Shown: piece after piece, positions 9,214 to 18,770 of the stretch
How positions within the stretch are numbered: the first letter of the stretch is position 1
How the letters are laid out: each line of letters starts with the position of its first letter
Virus record (IMG/VR): IMGVR_UViG_3300038393_001567
Coordinates: 1-50,046 of that record
Direction: 5' to 3' (one strand)
DNA length: 50,046 nt
Source of the DNA: a virus
Lineage: Duplodnaviria > Caudoviricetes
The notes under the pieces: generated by a model
Told to the model about the DNA's origin: nothing
The model's database searches: none
Seen by the model: the letters and a program-made list of their open reading frames with translations, nothing else
Program-made: the position numbers and the translations under genes

Positions 9214-10861
9214 AGCCAAGTTCTACGGGGAGGGGTTCTCCCTCGCCTCCGGCCCCCTGCGCCGCGGACACCCCCGGGGCGTCGACATCTCCGCGTACAC
9301 GCCCTCCACCGGCCCCTTGGTCGCCGCCGACGACTTCACCGCCGCCGACGGCACCAACCTCACGGCCCGCGGGTGGACGGCCGGGGCCGGCTCCACTTGG
9401 GCCGTGTCGGGCAACCGGGCCACGAAGACGGGGGGCACTGGCCAAGACGTCGTCTACCGCCCGTGCGCGGCCAACGGCGTGCTCACCGTCACCGCCTACG
9501 TCACGGGGGGCGGGGACAACGTCGGCGTCGTGTTCAACGTCGGGGGTGGCAAGTACTGGCTCGTCAACCCCCTCTTCGGGTCGATGGCCCTCTACTACTT
9601 CGACGGGGCCACGTTCACCAGTAAAGCCTCCAGCGGGGCCCCGAGCACCACGACGGTGTCCATCGAAGTCACGATCAACGGCGACAACGTCAAGGTCAAA
9701 CTCAACGGCACACAGTACATCAACTTCACCGAGTCCGGCCGGGCCAACCAGACGGCCACGGGGGCGGGGTTGCGGGATTTCGGAACGCCCGACGGGAGCG
9801 GGTTCGACGACTTCGCCTTCAACGCCCTCCCCGGGCTATTCCTCCCGTCCCGGCAGATCAACTACCGCACGCCGATGCCCCCGGGCGGGCCGTACTTCTA
9901 CCTCCGCAACGCCGGCTCCAACACCGTCCCGCTCTATCAGGACACCGGGGCCCTCCTCGCCAACTGCGGCCCCAACACCGTCACCTCCGTCGTGCTGGGC
10001 ACCTCCAAGTGGTGGGCCTACCAAGACGTACTCGGCACCGCCAAACCTGTGGCCGACAACGGCGCCTCCGTGCGCACGGTGCCCATCGGGTACCTCGGCA
10101 CGACGCCCGCGTCGCCCGTGCCCACCAGTTACGACCCCATCACGTGCGACGGGGGTTGGCGTCGGGCCCGTTCGTGCGCGTCGGGCGGGCTGATGGACAT
10201 CTGGATGGCCACCGACGAGGTGACGCCCCACTTCGTGGACGGGGTGGCCGTCTTCAAGTTCAACGGCAACTGCTACTATTTCAAGGCCTCCGACAAGGAG
10301 ACGCTGGGCCACGGCTTCTCCCTCACGGCCGACCAAGTCACGTGGTACGCCGACTGCGACGCGTGCACCAACGGGGACGGGGGCGGGGACACCGGTCCCG
10401 TGCCGTGCACTGTCCCCGACGCCGTGAAGGGGATGAGTTTCAGCGTGGCGTGGCACAACAAGGTGCGCCTCGACGCCGGCCCGGCCGGGTACGGGGTGGC
10501 GTGCGCCCCGACGTGCGAGTCCAACCTCTCCGCCACCGTCTCCGACCCGGCCGGTATCGCCAACTGGAGCGTCGGCGGCACCAACGCCTCCGTGCCCTCG
10601 TGCGGAGGGGGCCCCGGCATCCAAGTCAACGTCTACCACCAGAACCTCGGAGACGGCACGTGCTGTTGGGAGGCCCAATTCAGCCAAGACGACAGCCCCA
10701 CGTGTTATAGTCTCTTCCGCAAGTACACCGGCACGTCCCCGGCCGGCAGCGGGTGGGTGCAGGTGTACCCCGCGCCGTGGGCGTGCGGCGGGGACGGCGA
10801 CACCCACCAGTACTGCACGGGCACCGGACTGGACGCCATCTCCTCGGTGGTGGTGAGTTGA
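9203..10861 (+). CDS. Tail-tip accessory / putative receptor-binding protein (lectin-like domain, Cys-rich C-terminus)
   Basis: DDF..ADG..L..W to FDDF beta-sandwich; many Cys in the C-terminal half; follows the distal tail gene. Confidence 0.55.
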   Translation: MLSKAKFYGEGFSLASGPLRRGHPRGVDISAYTPSTGPLVAADDFTAADGTNLTARGWTAGAGSTWAVSGNRATKTGGTGQDVVYRPCAANGVLTVTAYVTGGGDNVGVVFNVGGGKYWLVNPLFGSMALYYFDGATFTSKASSGAPSTTTVSIEVTINGDNVKVKLNGTQYINFTESGRANQTATGAGLRDFGTPDGSGFDDFAFNALPGLFLPSRQINYRTPMPPGGPYFYLRNAGSNTVPLYQDTGALLANCGPNTVTSVVLGTSKWWAYQDVLGTAKPVADNGASVRTVPIGYLGTTPASPVPTSYDPITCDGGWRRARSCASGGLMDIWMATDEVTPHFVDGVAVFKFNGNCYYFKASDKETLGHGFSLTADQVTWYADCDACTNGDGGGDTGPVPCTVPDAVKGMSFSVAWHNKVRLDAGPAGYGVACAPTCESNLSATVSDPAGIANWSVGGTNASVPSCGGGPGIQVNVYHQNLGDGTCCWEAQFSQDDSPTCYSLFRKYTGTSPAGSGWVQVYPAPWACGGDGDTHQYCTGTGLDAISSVVVS

Positions 10862-11245
10862 GTGAAAGCCATGAAGATACCCCTCGTACAATGCGCACAC
10901 TGGCAACACCTCTCGGTCCACGGGGGCCGGTGCTCCGTCGGGCACGGCAAGGTATCCCCCGGGGTGTGCGAGCGGTGCGTCGACTACTCCGGCCCGGCCA
11001 CCCGGGTAATCCGGCCCGACGCCCCGGCCGTGCCCGACAACGCCCACCTCTTCCCCGCCCGCGTCGCGGAGGTGGAGGGGTTCAAGGCGGTGTGCCAGAC
11101 GTGCCCGGATTGGCTGGGGCACTTCCTCGACACCCCGGGCATCCCCGTCGCCACCTCCACCAAGTGTGACGCCTGCTCGTGCCCGGGCCGGAAGGTAAAC
11201 CTCCTCACGGGCAACTGCCCGCGGAAGAAGTGGAGCCAAGCGTGA
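10862..11245 (+). CDS. Small Cys-rich protein
   Basis: 10 Cys including CxxC pairs and C-terminal CDACSC..K..CPRKKW; stop overlaps the next start. Confidence 0.55.
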   Translation: MKAMKIPLVQCAHWQHLSVHGGRCSVGHGKVSPGVCERCVDYSGPATRVIRPDAPAVPDNAHLFPARVAEVEGFKAVCQTCPDWLGHFLDTPGIPVATSTKCDACSCPGRKVNLLTGNCPRKKWSQA

Positions 11246-12102
11246 TCCAACTCCCCTCACACCTCGACGGCCTCCTCAACGACCGGGTCCACCGGTTCGC
11301 CACCCTCTGGCGACTCACCCGGAAGGACGGCAACGTCCTCCGGTTCACCAACCACGACGCCGGCATCACGTACGCCAGCCAGTTTTACACCCCCATGGGG
11401 GCCATCTCCTCCACGGCCAAGCAGAAGATCGAGGGCCTCCGGGACCGCAACCTCGACTTCAACGGGGCCCTCACGTCCGACGCCATCACGTACAACGACC
11501 TGATCGCCGGGAAGTACCGGCAGGCCAAGATCGAGGAGTACCTCGTCGACTGGCGGTACCCGTGGGCCGACCCCTTCGCCAGCTACGTCTACTTCATCGT
11601 CAACACCACCTTCACCGGGGAAATATGGCAGGCGCAGGTGGAGGGGCTGACGCACCGGCTCAAGCAGCAGGTGGGCCGGGTGTACGGGCGCACGTGCGAC
11701 GTCCACGCCTTCGGGGACTCCCGGTGCAACGTCGCCGGGGGCGAGGCCGCGTACACCTCCTCCGGCTCCGTCACCGGCGTCAACGTCTCGCGCCGCGACT
11801 TCAACACCACCGTCTCGCAACCTACCAACTATTTCAAGTACGGGTACGTTAAGTGGACCAGTGGGCTCAACACCGGGCTCACCATGGAGGTGAACAAGAG
11901 TTACGGCACCGCGGGCAGGCTCACCCTCTGGCTGCCCATGCCGTACGACGTCGCGGTCGGGGACACGTTCAACGTCGTGGCCGGGTGCGACCGGTTGATC
12001 GGCACGTGCTTCGAGAAGTTCGACAACGTGGCCAACTTCCGCGGGTTCCCGACGATTCCCGGCACCGACGCGATGCTCAAGACGCCCAACTCCAAAAGCT
12101 GA
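11242..12102 (+). CDS. Baseplate hub protein (DUF2163/GTA-like)
   Basis: WRLTRKDG..FTNHD, C..FGDSRC, GCDR..TC..KFDNVANFRGFPTIPG; GTG start at 11242 inferred from the GTGA overlap. Confidence 0.85.
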   Translation: MIQLPSHLDGLLNDRVHRFATLWRLTRKDGNVLRFTNHDAGITYASQFYTPMGAISSTAKQKIEGLRDRNLDFNGALTSDAITYNDLIAGKYRQAKIEEYLVDWRYPWADPFASYVYFIVNTTFTGEIWQAQVEGLTHRLKQQVGRVYGRTCDVHAFGDSRCNVAGGEAAYTSSGSVTGVNVSRRDFNTTVSQPTNYFKYGYVKWTSGLNTGLTMEVNKSYGTAGRLTLWLPMPYDVAVGDTFNVVAGCDRLIGTCFEKFDNVANFRGFPTIPGTDAMLKTPNSKS

Positions 12103-12105
12103 CTC

Positions 12106-12579
12106 ATGGCCCGACGCACCGACATCATCGCCTACGCCCGCACGCTGGTCGGCACCCCCTTCCAACACCAAGGGCGCCTCCCCGGGGTGGGGCTCGACTG
12201 CGTCGGGCTCCTCGTCGCCGTGGCCCGCCGTTTCGAGCTCACCTTCCACGACCACACCGGGTACTCCAAGTACCCCGACGCCCAGTCCTTCCTCCGCGAG
12301 CTCTCGTCGGGCCTCATCCCCATCGACGCCAAGGAGGCCCTCCCCGGTGACGTGCTCACCTTCTGGGTCCGCCACCCGAGCAAACCCCAGCACGCGGCCC
12401 TCGCCTCCGACCGCGGGATGATCCACGCCTACCACTCCTTCCGCCCGGTGGGGGTGGTGGAGGAGCCCGTCTCCCGCTTCTGGCGGGTGCGTGCGACGCA
12501 GTGCTTCCGCTTCCCCGGGCTGTACGAGGAAACCCACCCCGACACGTTCCGCATCGACTGGCACGGGGGCAAGGAGTAA
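12106..12579 (+). CDS. NlpC/P60 family tail-associated peptidase
   Basis: GTPFQHQGR..GLDCVGL (catalytic Cys) and QHAAL..MIHAY (His residues). Confidence 0.9.
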   Translation: MARRTDIIAYARTLVGTPFQHQGRLPGVGLDCVGLLVAVARRFELTFHDHTGYSKYPDAQSFLRELSSGLIPIDAKEALPGDVLTFWVRHPSKPQHAALASDRGMIHAYHSFRPVGVVEEPVSRFWRVRATQCFRFPGLYEETHPDTFRIDWHGGKE

Positions 12580-12585
12580 CACACC

Positions 12586-15225
12586 ATGGCGACGTTGGTC
12601 CTGATCCCCCTCTTCTCCTACCTCGGCTCGGCGGCGGGTTCGGCCGGCGTCACCGGGGGCATCATCGGGGGCATGAGCGTCGGCGGGGCCGCGGCCATCG
12701 GCGGGGCCATCGGCACCGTCGCGGGGGCGGCCCTCGGCACGTACATCGACCAGAAGTACGTGTACCCGATGTTCCAGCCCACGACGAACACCACGGGCCC
12801 ACGCATCGACGACCTGCCGATCCAGACGGGGAGCGAGGGCTCCCTCATGCACTACGCGGTGGGGGCGGAGAACCGGATGGCCGGCACCGTCATCTGGCTC
12901 TCCGACTTGGTGGAGGTGAAGCGGGAGGAGTCGGTGGAAGGCGGCAAGGGCGGGGGCGGGGGCAGCAAGCAGACGACGTACGACTATTACCTCTCGTGCG
13001 CCGTCGGGGTGTGCGAAGGCCCCATCACGGCCATCAAGAAGATTTGGGCCGACTCCAAGCTCATCTACGACGCCGACGGGGGGCTGGGTTCCGGCACCGC
13101 CTCCGGGTACGTCGTCAACTCCTTCCAGCCCGTCGGCGACGAGAACATCAACATCGACTCCGGCACGGGCAACTTCCGCAAGGGGGACGTGGTCAGGTTC
13201 GGCACGCAAACCACCACGTACGAGGTCTCGAGCGACTTCAACGAGGGGGACACCACCCTCGTCATCGAAACCCCCGGGCTGGTCGACGACGTGCACACCG
13301 GCGACGCGGTGACGCTGGTGCAGGGCGGGGACCCGGAGAACACCAACAAGGATCGGCGGGTGCACCGCATCCGCATCTACGTCGGGGACGAGTCACAGGT
13401 GCCCGACTCCATCATCTCCGCCGCCATCGGGCCGGAGCTGACGCCGGGCTTCCGCGGCCTGTGTTACGTCGTCATCGACGGGCTCCAGCTCCGCGACTTC
13501 GGCAACCGCCTCCCGCAGTTCTCCTTCCTCGTCCAAGTACAGACGCACGAATCCCTCGCGGGGGCCCTTTACAACATCATCCACCGGGCCGACATCGCGG
13601 ACTCGGAGATGAACCTCGACTACGTGGCCCACTCCGTGCGCGGGTACACCACCACCGGCCCCACGGAGATCGTGCGGCAGATCGAGCCGCTTATGCAGGC
13701 TTACACGGTGATGACGCGGGAGAGCAACGGCGTGCTCTACTTCTTCACCGAGGGGTACGAGCACCAAGTAACCGTCAACCCGAACGACTTGGTGGCCCAA
13801 GAGGGGGAGGGGAGTGCCGGGCGGCCCTTCATCCTCCAAGACCCCTCCGGCTTCTCCCTCCCCCGGGAAGTCAACGTGCGGTACATCGACCCGTCCGCCG
13901 ACTACCAGTCCGGCAACCAGCGGTACTCCCGCACCGACAGCTTCACCACCCACGTCGAGAACCTCGACGTGCCCATCGTGATGAGTGCCCGCGACGCACG
14001 GGACATGGCGGCGAACCGGCTGTGGCGGAGTTACTCCGAGCGCCTCCAAGTCCAGTTCTCCCTCCCGCCCCGGTACGTCGTGCTTGAGGAGAACGACCTC
14101 GTCAACATCGACTACGCCGGCGAGCAGTACACCGTCCGCCTCTCCGAGGTCACGCAGGGCAATAACTTCATCGTCGAGTGCAAGGGCGTGTTGACGGGCA
14201 AGGCCGACGCCGACGAGGCCATCGACTGTGCCCGCCGCCTCAACGAGGCCGAGCCCGTCACCTTCCCCCTGCCGATGACGGCCGCCGTCATGGACTCCCC
14301 GGCCCTCCAAGACGCCGATTCCGTGCAGGCGGGCGTGTACGTCGCCGCCTCCACCGTGCTGGGACAACCCAACTTCACCGGGGCCGCCCTCTACGCCTCC
14401 GCCGACGCCACCAACTGGAACGCCGTCGGGAGCGTGGGGGCCACCTCCACCATGGGCACCACGTCCGACGACTACGGGGCGGGGCGGGGCACCCTCGGTC
14501 CTGCGTCGGAGGGGGTGATCGACTACGTCTCCACCGTCGACGTCCTCCTCCAAGGCGGGACCCTCGAGTCCGTCACCCCCGAGCGCCTCCTCAACGGGGC
14601 CAACCGGGCTTGGGTGGGGGCGGAGTTGGTGGGCTTCCAGACCGCCACCCAGCTCGGCCCCATGGCCTACCGCCTCTCCGGGCTCCTCCGCGGGCTCCGG
14701 GGCACGGCCACCACCGCCCACCACGCCGGGGAGGGGTTCGTGCTCGTCTCCCCCGTCACCGTCGGCTTCCAGCCCCTCCAAGGCGGGGCCATCGGGGCCA
14801 CCCGGTACTACAAGGTGGTGCAGGACGGCCAGTCCGTCGACGACGTGCCCACCCTCACCTCCGTGTACACCGGCAACAACTTGAAGCAACTCCCCGTGTG
14901 CCACCTCGACGCCTTCCGCGACGCCACCACCCACGACGCCACGCTGACGTGGAAGCGGCGCACCCGGAGCCTCGTCAAGGCCTTCGCCCCGTACAAGCCG
15001 CTTGGCGCCGACGCGGAGCGGTACGAGGTGGACGTCTTCGCCGGCACCGACACCGGGGCCATCCCCCTCCGCACGGTGACGGTGACGAGCCCCACCCTCA
15101 CGTACACCAAGGCCCAGCAGGACGCCGACACCGGCTCCTCCTCCGTGGCCTCCTTCACCGCCGTCGTCTACCAGATCAACGAACAAGTCGGCCGGGGCGT
15201 GCCGGCGTCCGTGGTAATCCCGTAA
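12586..15225 (+). CDS. Large tail-tip / host-specificity protein (GTA-like tip)
   Basis: GPRIDDL, AVGVCEGPI..IWADSKLI, PGFRGLCYVV..LRDFGNRLPQFSF, LSGLLRGLRGT, WKRRTR. Confidence 0.88.
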   Translation: MATLVLIPLFSYLGSAAGSAGVTGGIIGGMSVGGAAAIGGAIGTVAGAALGTYIDQKYVYPMFQPTTNTTGPRIDDLPIQTGSEGSLMHYAVGAENRMAGTVIWLSDLVEVKREESVEGGKGGGGGSKQTTYDYYLSCAVGVCEGPITAIKKIWADSKLIYDADGGLGSGTASGYVVNSFQPVGDENINIDSGTGNFRKGDVVRFGTQTTTYEVSSDFNEGDTTLVIETPGLVDDVHTGDAVTLVQGGDPENTNKDRRVHRIRIYVGDESQVPDSIISAAIGPELTPGFRGLCYVVIDGLQLRDFGNRLPQFSFLVQVQTHESLAGALYNIIHRADIADSEMNLDYVAHSVRGYTTTGPTEIVRQIEPLMQAYTVMTRESNGVLYFFTEGYEHQVTVNPNDLVAQEGEGSAGRPFILQDPSGFSLPREVNVRYIDPSADYQSGNQRYSRTDSFTTHVENLDVPIVMSARDARDMAANRLWRSYSERLQVQFSLPPRYVVLEENDLVNIDYAGEQYTVRLSEVTQGNNFIVECKGVLTGKADADEAIDCARRLNEAEPVTFPLPMTAAVMDSPALQDADSVQAGVYVAASTVLGQPNFTGAALYASADATNWNAVGSVGATSTMGTTSDDYGAGRGTLGPASEGVIDYVSTVDVLLQGGTLESVTPERLLNGANRAWVGAELVGFQTATQLGPMAYRLSGLLRGLRGTATTAHHAGEGFVLVSPVTVGFQPLQGGAIGATRYYKVVQDGQSVDDVPTLTSVYTGNNLKQLPVCHLDAFRDATTHDATLTWKRRTRSLVKAFAPYKPLGADAERYEVDVFAGTDTGAIPLRTVTVTSPTLTYTKAQQDADTGSSSVASFTAVVYQINEQVGRGVPASVVIP

Positions 15226-15237
15226 CTGGAGCAATTC

Positions 15238-15906
15238 ATGGCATCACAGACCGGAAACTTCGCCGTCCCCTTCATCTTGGAGAGTCAAGCCTCTCAGGAG
15301 GTGACGGCCAACGAAGCCTTCGTGCGCTTCGACGCCCTCATCGGGCTCACCCTCGACTCCGTCCGCTCCCCCGGCAATGCACCCCCGGGTTCCGCCCCGG
15401 CCAACGGCACCGCCTACTTGGTGGGCTCGACGCCGACGGGGTTGTGGTCCAGCAAGGCCGGGAAGATCGCCGTGTACCACGACGGCGGGTGGTACTTCGC
15501 CACCCCGAAGAACGGGTTGGTGGCGATCAGCCGGGATACCGGCAAACGCTACGTCCACAACGGCACCAAGTTCCGCATCCTCTCCGGGGTGACGAGCAAG
15601 GCGTACGCCGCCACCATCACCCCCGACGCCGACGACGACTTCGACCTCGTCGTCGCCGCCCTCACCGGCAACGTCACCGTCGCCAACTTCACCAACACCC
15701 CCGACGACGGGCAAACCCTCTGCATCCGCTTCCTCCAAGACGCCACGGGCGGGCGCACCGTCTCCTTCGGCACCAACTACAAGTTCACCACCGCGGTGCC
15801 GCAGAGCCTCATCACCACCACGGCCTCCAAGTACTGCTTGGTGCTGTTCAAGTTCGTCACCGGCGTCGGCTTCGTCTGCACGGCCGTCCTCCCCGACATC
15901 GGCTAA
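15238..15906 (+). CDS. DUF2793-type tail fibre protein
   Basis: SQASQEVTANEAF..FDAL..PP..G..YLVG..PTGLW..GGW.F..PKNG. Confidence 0.8.
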   Translation: MASQTGNFAVPFILESQASQEVTANEAFVRFDALIGLTLDSVRSPGNAPPGSAPANGTAYLVGSTPTGLWSSKAGKIAVYHDGGWYFATPKNGLVAISRDTGKRYVHNGTKFRILSGVTSKAYAATITPDADDDFDLVVAALTGNVTVANFTNTPDDGQTLCIRFLQDATGGRTVSFGTNYKFTTAVPQSLITTTASKYCLVLFKFVTGVGFVCTAVLPDIG

Positions 15907-15918
15907 GGAGTCACCCAC

Positions 15919-16488
15919 GTGTCCGTACAAACCAAGGCCCCGAGTTCCAACGCCGTCGAGCAGAGTTACCCGCAGTTCACCAACCCCGGCAACGCGTACG
16001 CCTCCGACTCCTCCGGGGCCACGGCGGCCATCTCGGCCCCGTCGAATCAGGACTTCGCCAACCGGTACGGGGGCTTCGGCTTCTCCATCCCGTCCGGGGC
16101 CACGATTACCAACGTCACGGTCAACGTGCGCTACAAGTACAGTGCGGGCACGACGGGGTCGAGTGGCATGCAGTGGTTCGGGTTCCTCTACCGCACCGGC
16201 TCCACCACCTTGGTGAACAACGGGCTAGGGTACTCCTTCGCCTCCCCCACCCCCCGCGGGGCCGCGGGCTCCCCGGCGTACGCCACCTACCAGACGGAGA
16301 GTTTCGACGTCACCTCCCTGCGCACGTGGGTGGACACGGACTTCGACGCCAACTTCAAGCTGGGGCTAGACGCCCGCTTCGCCGGGGCCGCTGGCACGGT
16401 GGACCTCGACTACGCGGAGGTGGTGGTGACGTACACGGGCGGGAGTTCCGGGGGAGGGAGGACCGGCTTCTTCCTCGGTGCGCGGTAA
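15919..16488 (+). CDS. Putative virion fibre/receptor-binding protein
   Basis: AAGGAG RBS; FGFSIPSGATI..V motif; last gene of the structural operon. Confidence 0.55.
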   Translation: MSVQTKAPSSNAVEQSYPQFTNPGNAYASDSSGATAAISAPSNQDFANRYGGFGFSIPSGATITNVTVNVRYKYSAGTTGSSGMQWFGFLYRTGSTTLVNNGLGYSFASPTPRGAAGSPAYATYQTESFDVTSLRTWVDTDFDANFKLGLDARFAGAAGTVDLDYAEVVVTYTGGSSGGGRTGFFLGAR

Positions 16489-16492
16489 ACGT

Positions 16493-16523
16493 AAAGAGGC
16501 CCCACGTGCGTGCGGGGGCCTCT
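16493..16523. terminator. Hairpin between convergent transcription units
   Basis: AGAGGCCCC...GGGGCCTCT 9-bp stem at the junction of the + and - gene blocks. Confidence 0.65.
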
Positions 16524-16566
16524 CACTCGGGCCCGTCGGGACGTGATGCACCCCGACGGGCTCTCT

Positions 16567-16755
16567 TTATTTCGGCTTTTCGACGTACTCCACGACGGCC
16601 CGCACGGAAGGGGCTTCCGAATCGAGCTGGCTGCCCTCGTACCCTCTGGAGACCTCCAGCGTCACCTTGGCGACGTTGTAGCGCTCCCTGTAGTGGGCTT
16701 CCACCGCCTTGCGGATGTCCTCCTCACCTAGCGTAATGGTGTGCCTTGCCATCAC
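16567..16755 (-). CDS. Hypothetical protein
   Basis: 62 aa; GGAGG RBS; overlaps the stop of the upstream gene. Confidence 0.55.
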   Translation of the reverse strand: MMARHTITLGEEDIRKAVEAHYRERYNVAKVTLEVSRGYEGSQLDSEAPSVRAVVEYVEKPK

Positions 16756-16973
16756 TCACCTCCTCCGACCGGCGACAGCGTCTCGTACACCACGACGCGG
16801 GAGACGACGTAGGAGCTGGCGTGCATCCCGTTCACCATCGTGTCCCGCACCGACACCAGTTGCCGGGTATCCCCGAGAAACTGCTCGACCTCCGAATCGA
16901 GCTTGGCGTAAGCGGACCGAATCGCGTCGGCCCCCACACTCCCGGTGGAAGCCACGAACGTCTTCACCATCAT
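16752..16973 (-). CDS. Hypothetical protein (MMVKTFVAST...)
   Basis: 3' part of track ORF 16752..17618; start abuts the queE stop; GAGG RBS. Confidence 0.55.
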   Translation of the reverse strand: MMVKTFVASTGSVGADAIRSAYAKLDSEVEQFLGDTRQLVSVRDTMVNGMHASSYVVSRVVVYETLSPVGGGE

Positions 16974-17716
16974 CACACACCTCGTTTCTTGCCCCAGAGG
17001 ATGGAATGCAACCGGGGCGTAAGGACGTACCCCATATCGGCCAAATGTGGCACTAGCCACCGACACGCCGCCAAGATTTCTTCCGGCTCCTGCCCGTACG
17101 GCATGACGTGGATTTGGAACCCCCGTTTGCGAACTTGGAAGAAGTCGTCGAATTGGGCCACGGCGAGCAGGTCGTGGTCGTCGCGCACCACCAGTTTCAC
17201 GCACGTCTTCCGCTCCCGCCCGGCCAGCGCTTCGAGGATCGCCGCCACGTTCTGGTCGTACTCGTGCTCCCCCTTCGGCCCGGTGAGGCACGGCGTCACC
17301 TTGGGGGAGAAGGAGACGGTGTCGAAGCGGCGGAAGAACCGTTGGCACTGTGCCGCCGTCAACGCCTTGCCGACGTACCCGGACGTTTCGAGTGACTGCC
17401 ACGGCAGGAAGACGTCGATGCGGTCGAGGAACGCCAAGACGTTCTCGTTGGCGTAGTGGATGAGGGGCTCCCCGCCCGACACCACCAGCCCGCACCGCGG
17501 GTGGGCCACGTTGGCGGCCCGGATTCGGCTCGCCAACTCCTCCAAGTGGGTGACGGTGCCCCGCTCGCTCCCGTCCCACGTCCAACTTGTATCGCAACCC
17601 GGACACTGGACCGGGCACCCGTGGAGGCGGAGGAAGTAACAGGGTTTGCCGACGTCGAGGCCCTCACCCTGAATGGTGGGGCCGAAGAACTCGTTGACGG
17701 GGACGGTGAGTTTCAT
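16973..17716 (-). CDS. queE: 7-carboxy-7-deazaguanine synthase (radical SAM)
   Basis: EFFGPTIQGEG..G.P..FLRLHGCPVQCPGCDT (CxxxCxxC), VSGGEP, LETSG, SPK, PRLH. Confidence 0.92.
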   Translation of the reverse strand: MKLTVPVNEFFGPTIQGEGLDVGKPCYFLRLHGCPVQCPGCDTSWTWDGSERGTVTHLEELASRIRAANVAHPRCGLVVSGGEPLIHYANENVLAFLDRIDVFLPWQSLETSGYVGKALTAAQCQRFFRRFDTVSFSPKVTPCLTGPKGEHEYDQNVAAILEALAGRERKTCVKLVVRDDHDLLAVAQFDDFFQVRKRGFQIHVMPYGQEPEEILAACRWLVPHLADMGYVLTPRLHSILWGKKRGV

Positions 17717-17732
17717 GGGAAGGTATACAAAC
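17714..17732 (-). promoter_or_regulatory. GTTTGTATACCTTCCCATG motif, copy 1 (queE start)
   Basis: 19-mer identical to 23711..23729 and 29149..29167; preceded by a GC hairpin at about 17738-17766. Confidence 0.7.
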
Positions 17733-17790
17733 GAAGGCCCCCGGGCACCGTCACGCACCCGGGGGCTACACAAGGAGTTTTGCCGAGGGA

Positions 17791-18237
17791 TTACTTTCCC
17801 GGGTTGTACCGGATGTACTCACCCAACCCCGCCTTCCTGAATTCCTCCGCCATGTCCAACTGACTTTGTATTTGTGCCAGAAGAGCCATCCGCACGCGAA
17901 GTGGCATCTTGGCTTCTAACTGCACTTGGCGCACTAACCAATTGTTGATTATGTCGTCCTGCTCCCTTAGTTGGAGCATACGACCCACGATGCTCTCAAC
18001 GGCATCACGGTTGCCGTGGAAGAGGGTAACAAGCCCGGCCTTGTTGGTGTACAAGGCCGTGTGCGTATGGGGCTCGACGTCGTACTTAGTAACGATTACT
18101 TGGAATTCGTCATCCCGTACGTGGGTGACTTTTGTAACCCCATCCCGGCTAATTACGTTCACCGTGGGGGGTCTTCCAAGTGAAATTAAAGCCTCACCTT
18201 CCGGAATATTTAGTAGTTGCTCTAACATCGTCGTCAT
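17791..18237 (-). CDS. Hypothetical protein (lower GC than neighbours)
   Basis: 148 aa; GGAG RBS; AT-richer codon usage. Confidence 0.6.
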   Translation of the reverse strand: MTTMLEQLLNIPEGEALISLGRPPTVNVISRDGVTKVTHVRDDEFQVIVTKYDVEPHTHTALYTNKAGLVTLFHGNRDAVESIVGRMLQLREQDDIINNWLVRQVQLEAKMPLRVRMALLAQIQSQLDMAEEFRKAGLGEYIRYNPGK

Positions 18238-18437
18238 CTCCAGTAAAAGACTCTCAGGGGTACGACACGCTTGGCCACGACGGGCTCGTCACCCTTCCTG
18301 CGGAGGAACACCCGCCGCACCAGCACCACCGCCAGAGACTTCGCCGGCCCCGTCATCCGCCCCCGGCTGAGCACCTTGTACGTCTTCCCCGGTTTCAGCC
18401 CGTACGCCCGCGCCGTCTGGAGTGCTCGGAGTCTCAC
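18234..18437 (-). CDS. Small basic hypothetical protein
   Basis: GAGG before GTG; stop overlaps the next start; overlaps the upstream ORF by about 150 nt. Confidence 0.45.
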   Translation of the reverse strand: MRLRALQTARAYGLKPGKTYKVLSRGRMTGPAKSLAVVLVRRVFLRRKGDEPVVAKRVVPLRVFYWR

Positions 18438-18681
18438 CGGCCACCTCTTTCTTTCCCCCGTAAGCCCGGGCCATCTCCCCGTCGTCCTCGAAGAACTCGG
18501 TCGTGAGGATCATCCCCAACAACTCGCCGCGCCTCTTCCCCTTGTGCGTCTTGACGGCATCGGCCCTGCTGCTACACCCGTACCCCGCGATGGAACGCAA
18601 TTCGTCAAGGGGCTTGTCGGCCAACTCCTCCGCACGCTCTGCGATGGCGTACATCAAATCGTTCTGCGTTTTGTACTTCAC
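18289..18681 (-). CDS. Hypothetical protein
   Basis: ACACAAGGAG RBS before GTG; 130 aa. Confidence 0.6.
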   Translation of the reverse strand: MKYKTQNDLMYAIAERAEELADKPLDELRSIAGYGCSSRADAVKTHKGKRRGELLGMILTTEFFEDDGEMARAYGGKKEVAGETPSTPDGAGVRAETGEDVQGAQPGADDGAGEVSGGGAGAAGVPPQEG

Positions 18682-18770
18682 GGTGAAACTCCTTGTGTCT
18701 GCTGGGAAACGACGAGGGAAAAGGGGGCCGAGCCCGCATCACGAACGGCCCGGCCCCCGGGAGGTAGAGA

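Noticed and set aside
11257-15234. Long minus-strand ORFs (702 aa and 613 aa) and similar shadow ORFs throughout the window
   Set aside because: Antisense shadows of GC3-rich genes; no motifs or RBS, and they overlap well-supported tail genes
8233-15906. Gene transfer agent cluster
   Set aside because: The tail tip is GTA-like, but a long tape measure, a full replisome and early genes indicate a true phage
14178-16736. 852-aa Arg/Pro/His-rich plus-strand ORF
   Set aside because: Alternate frame across three real genes; composition typical of off-frame GC-rich sequence
18400-18475. ARAYG peptide present in two overlapping minus-strand ORFs
   Set aside because: Too short, with diverged nucleotides, to support a duplication or frameshift claim
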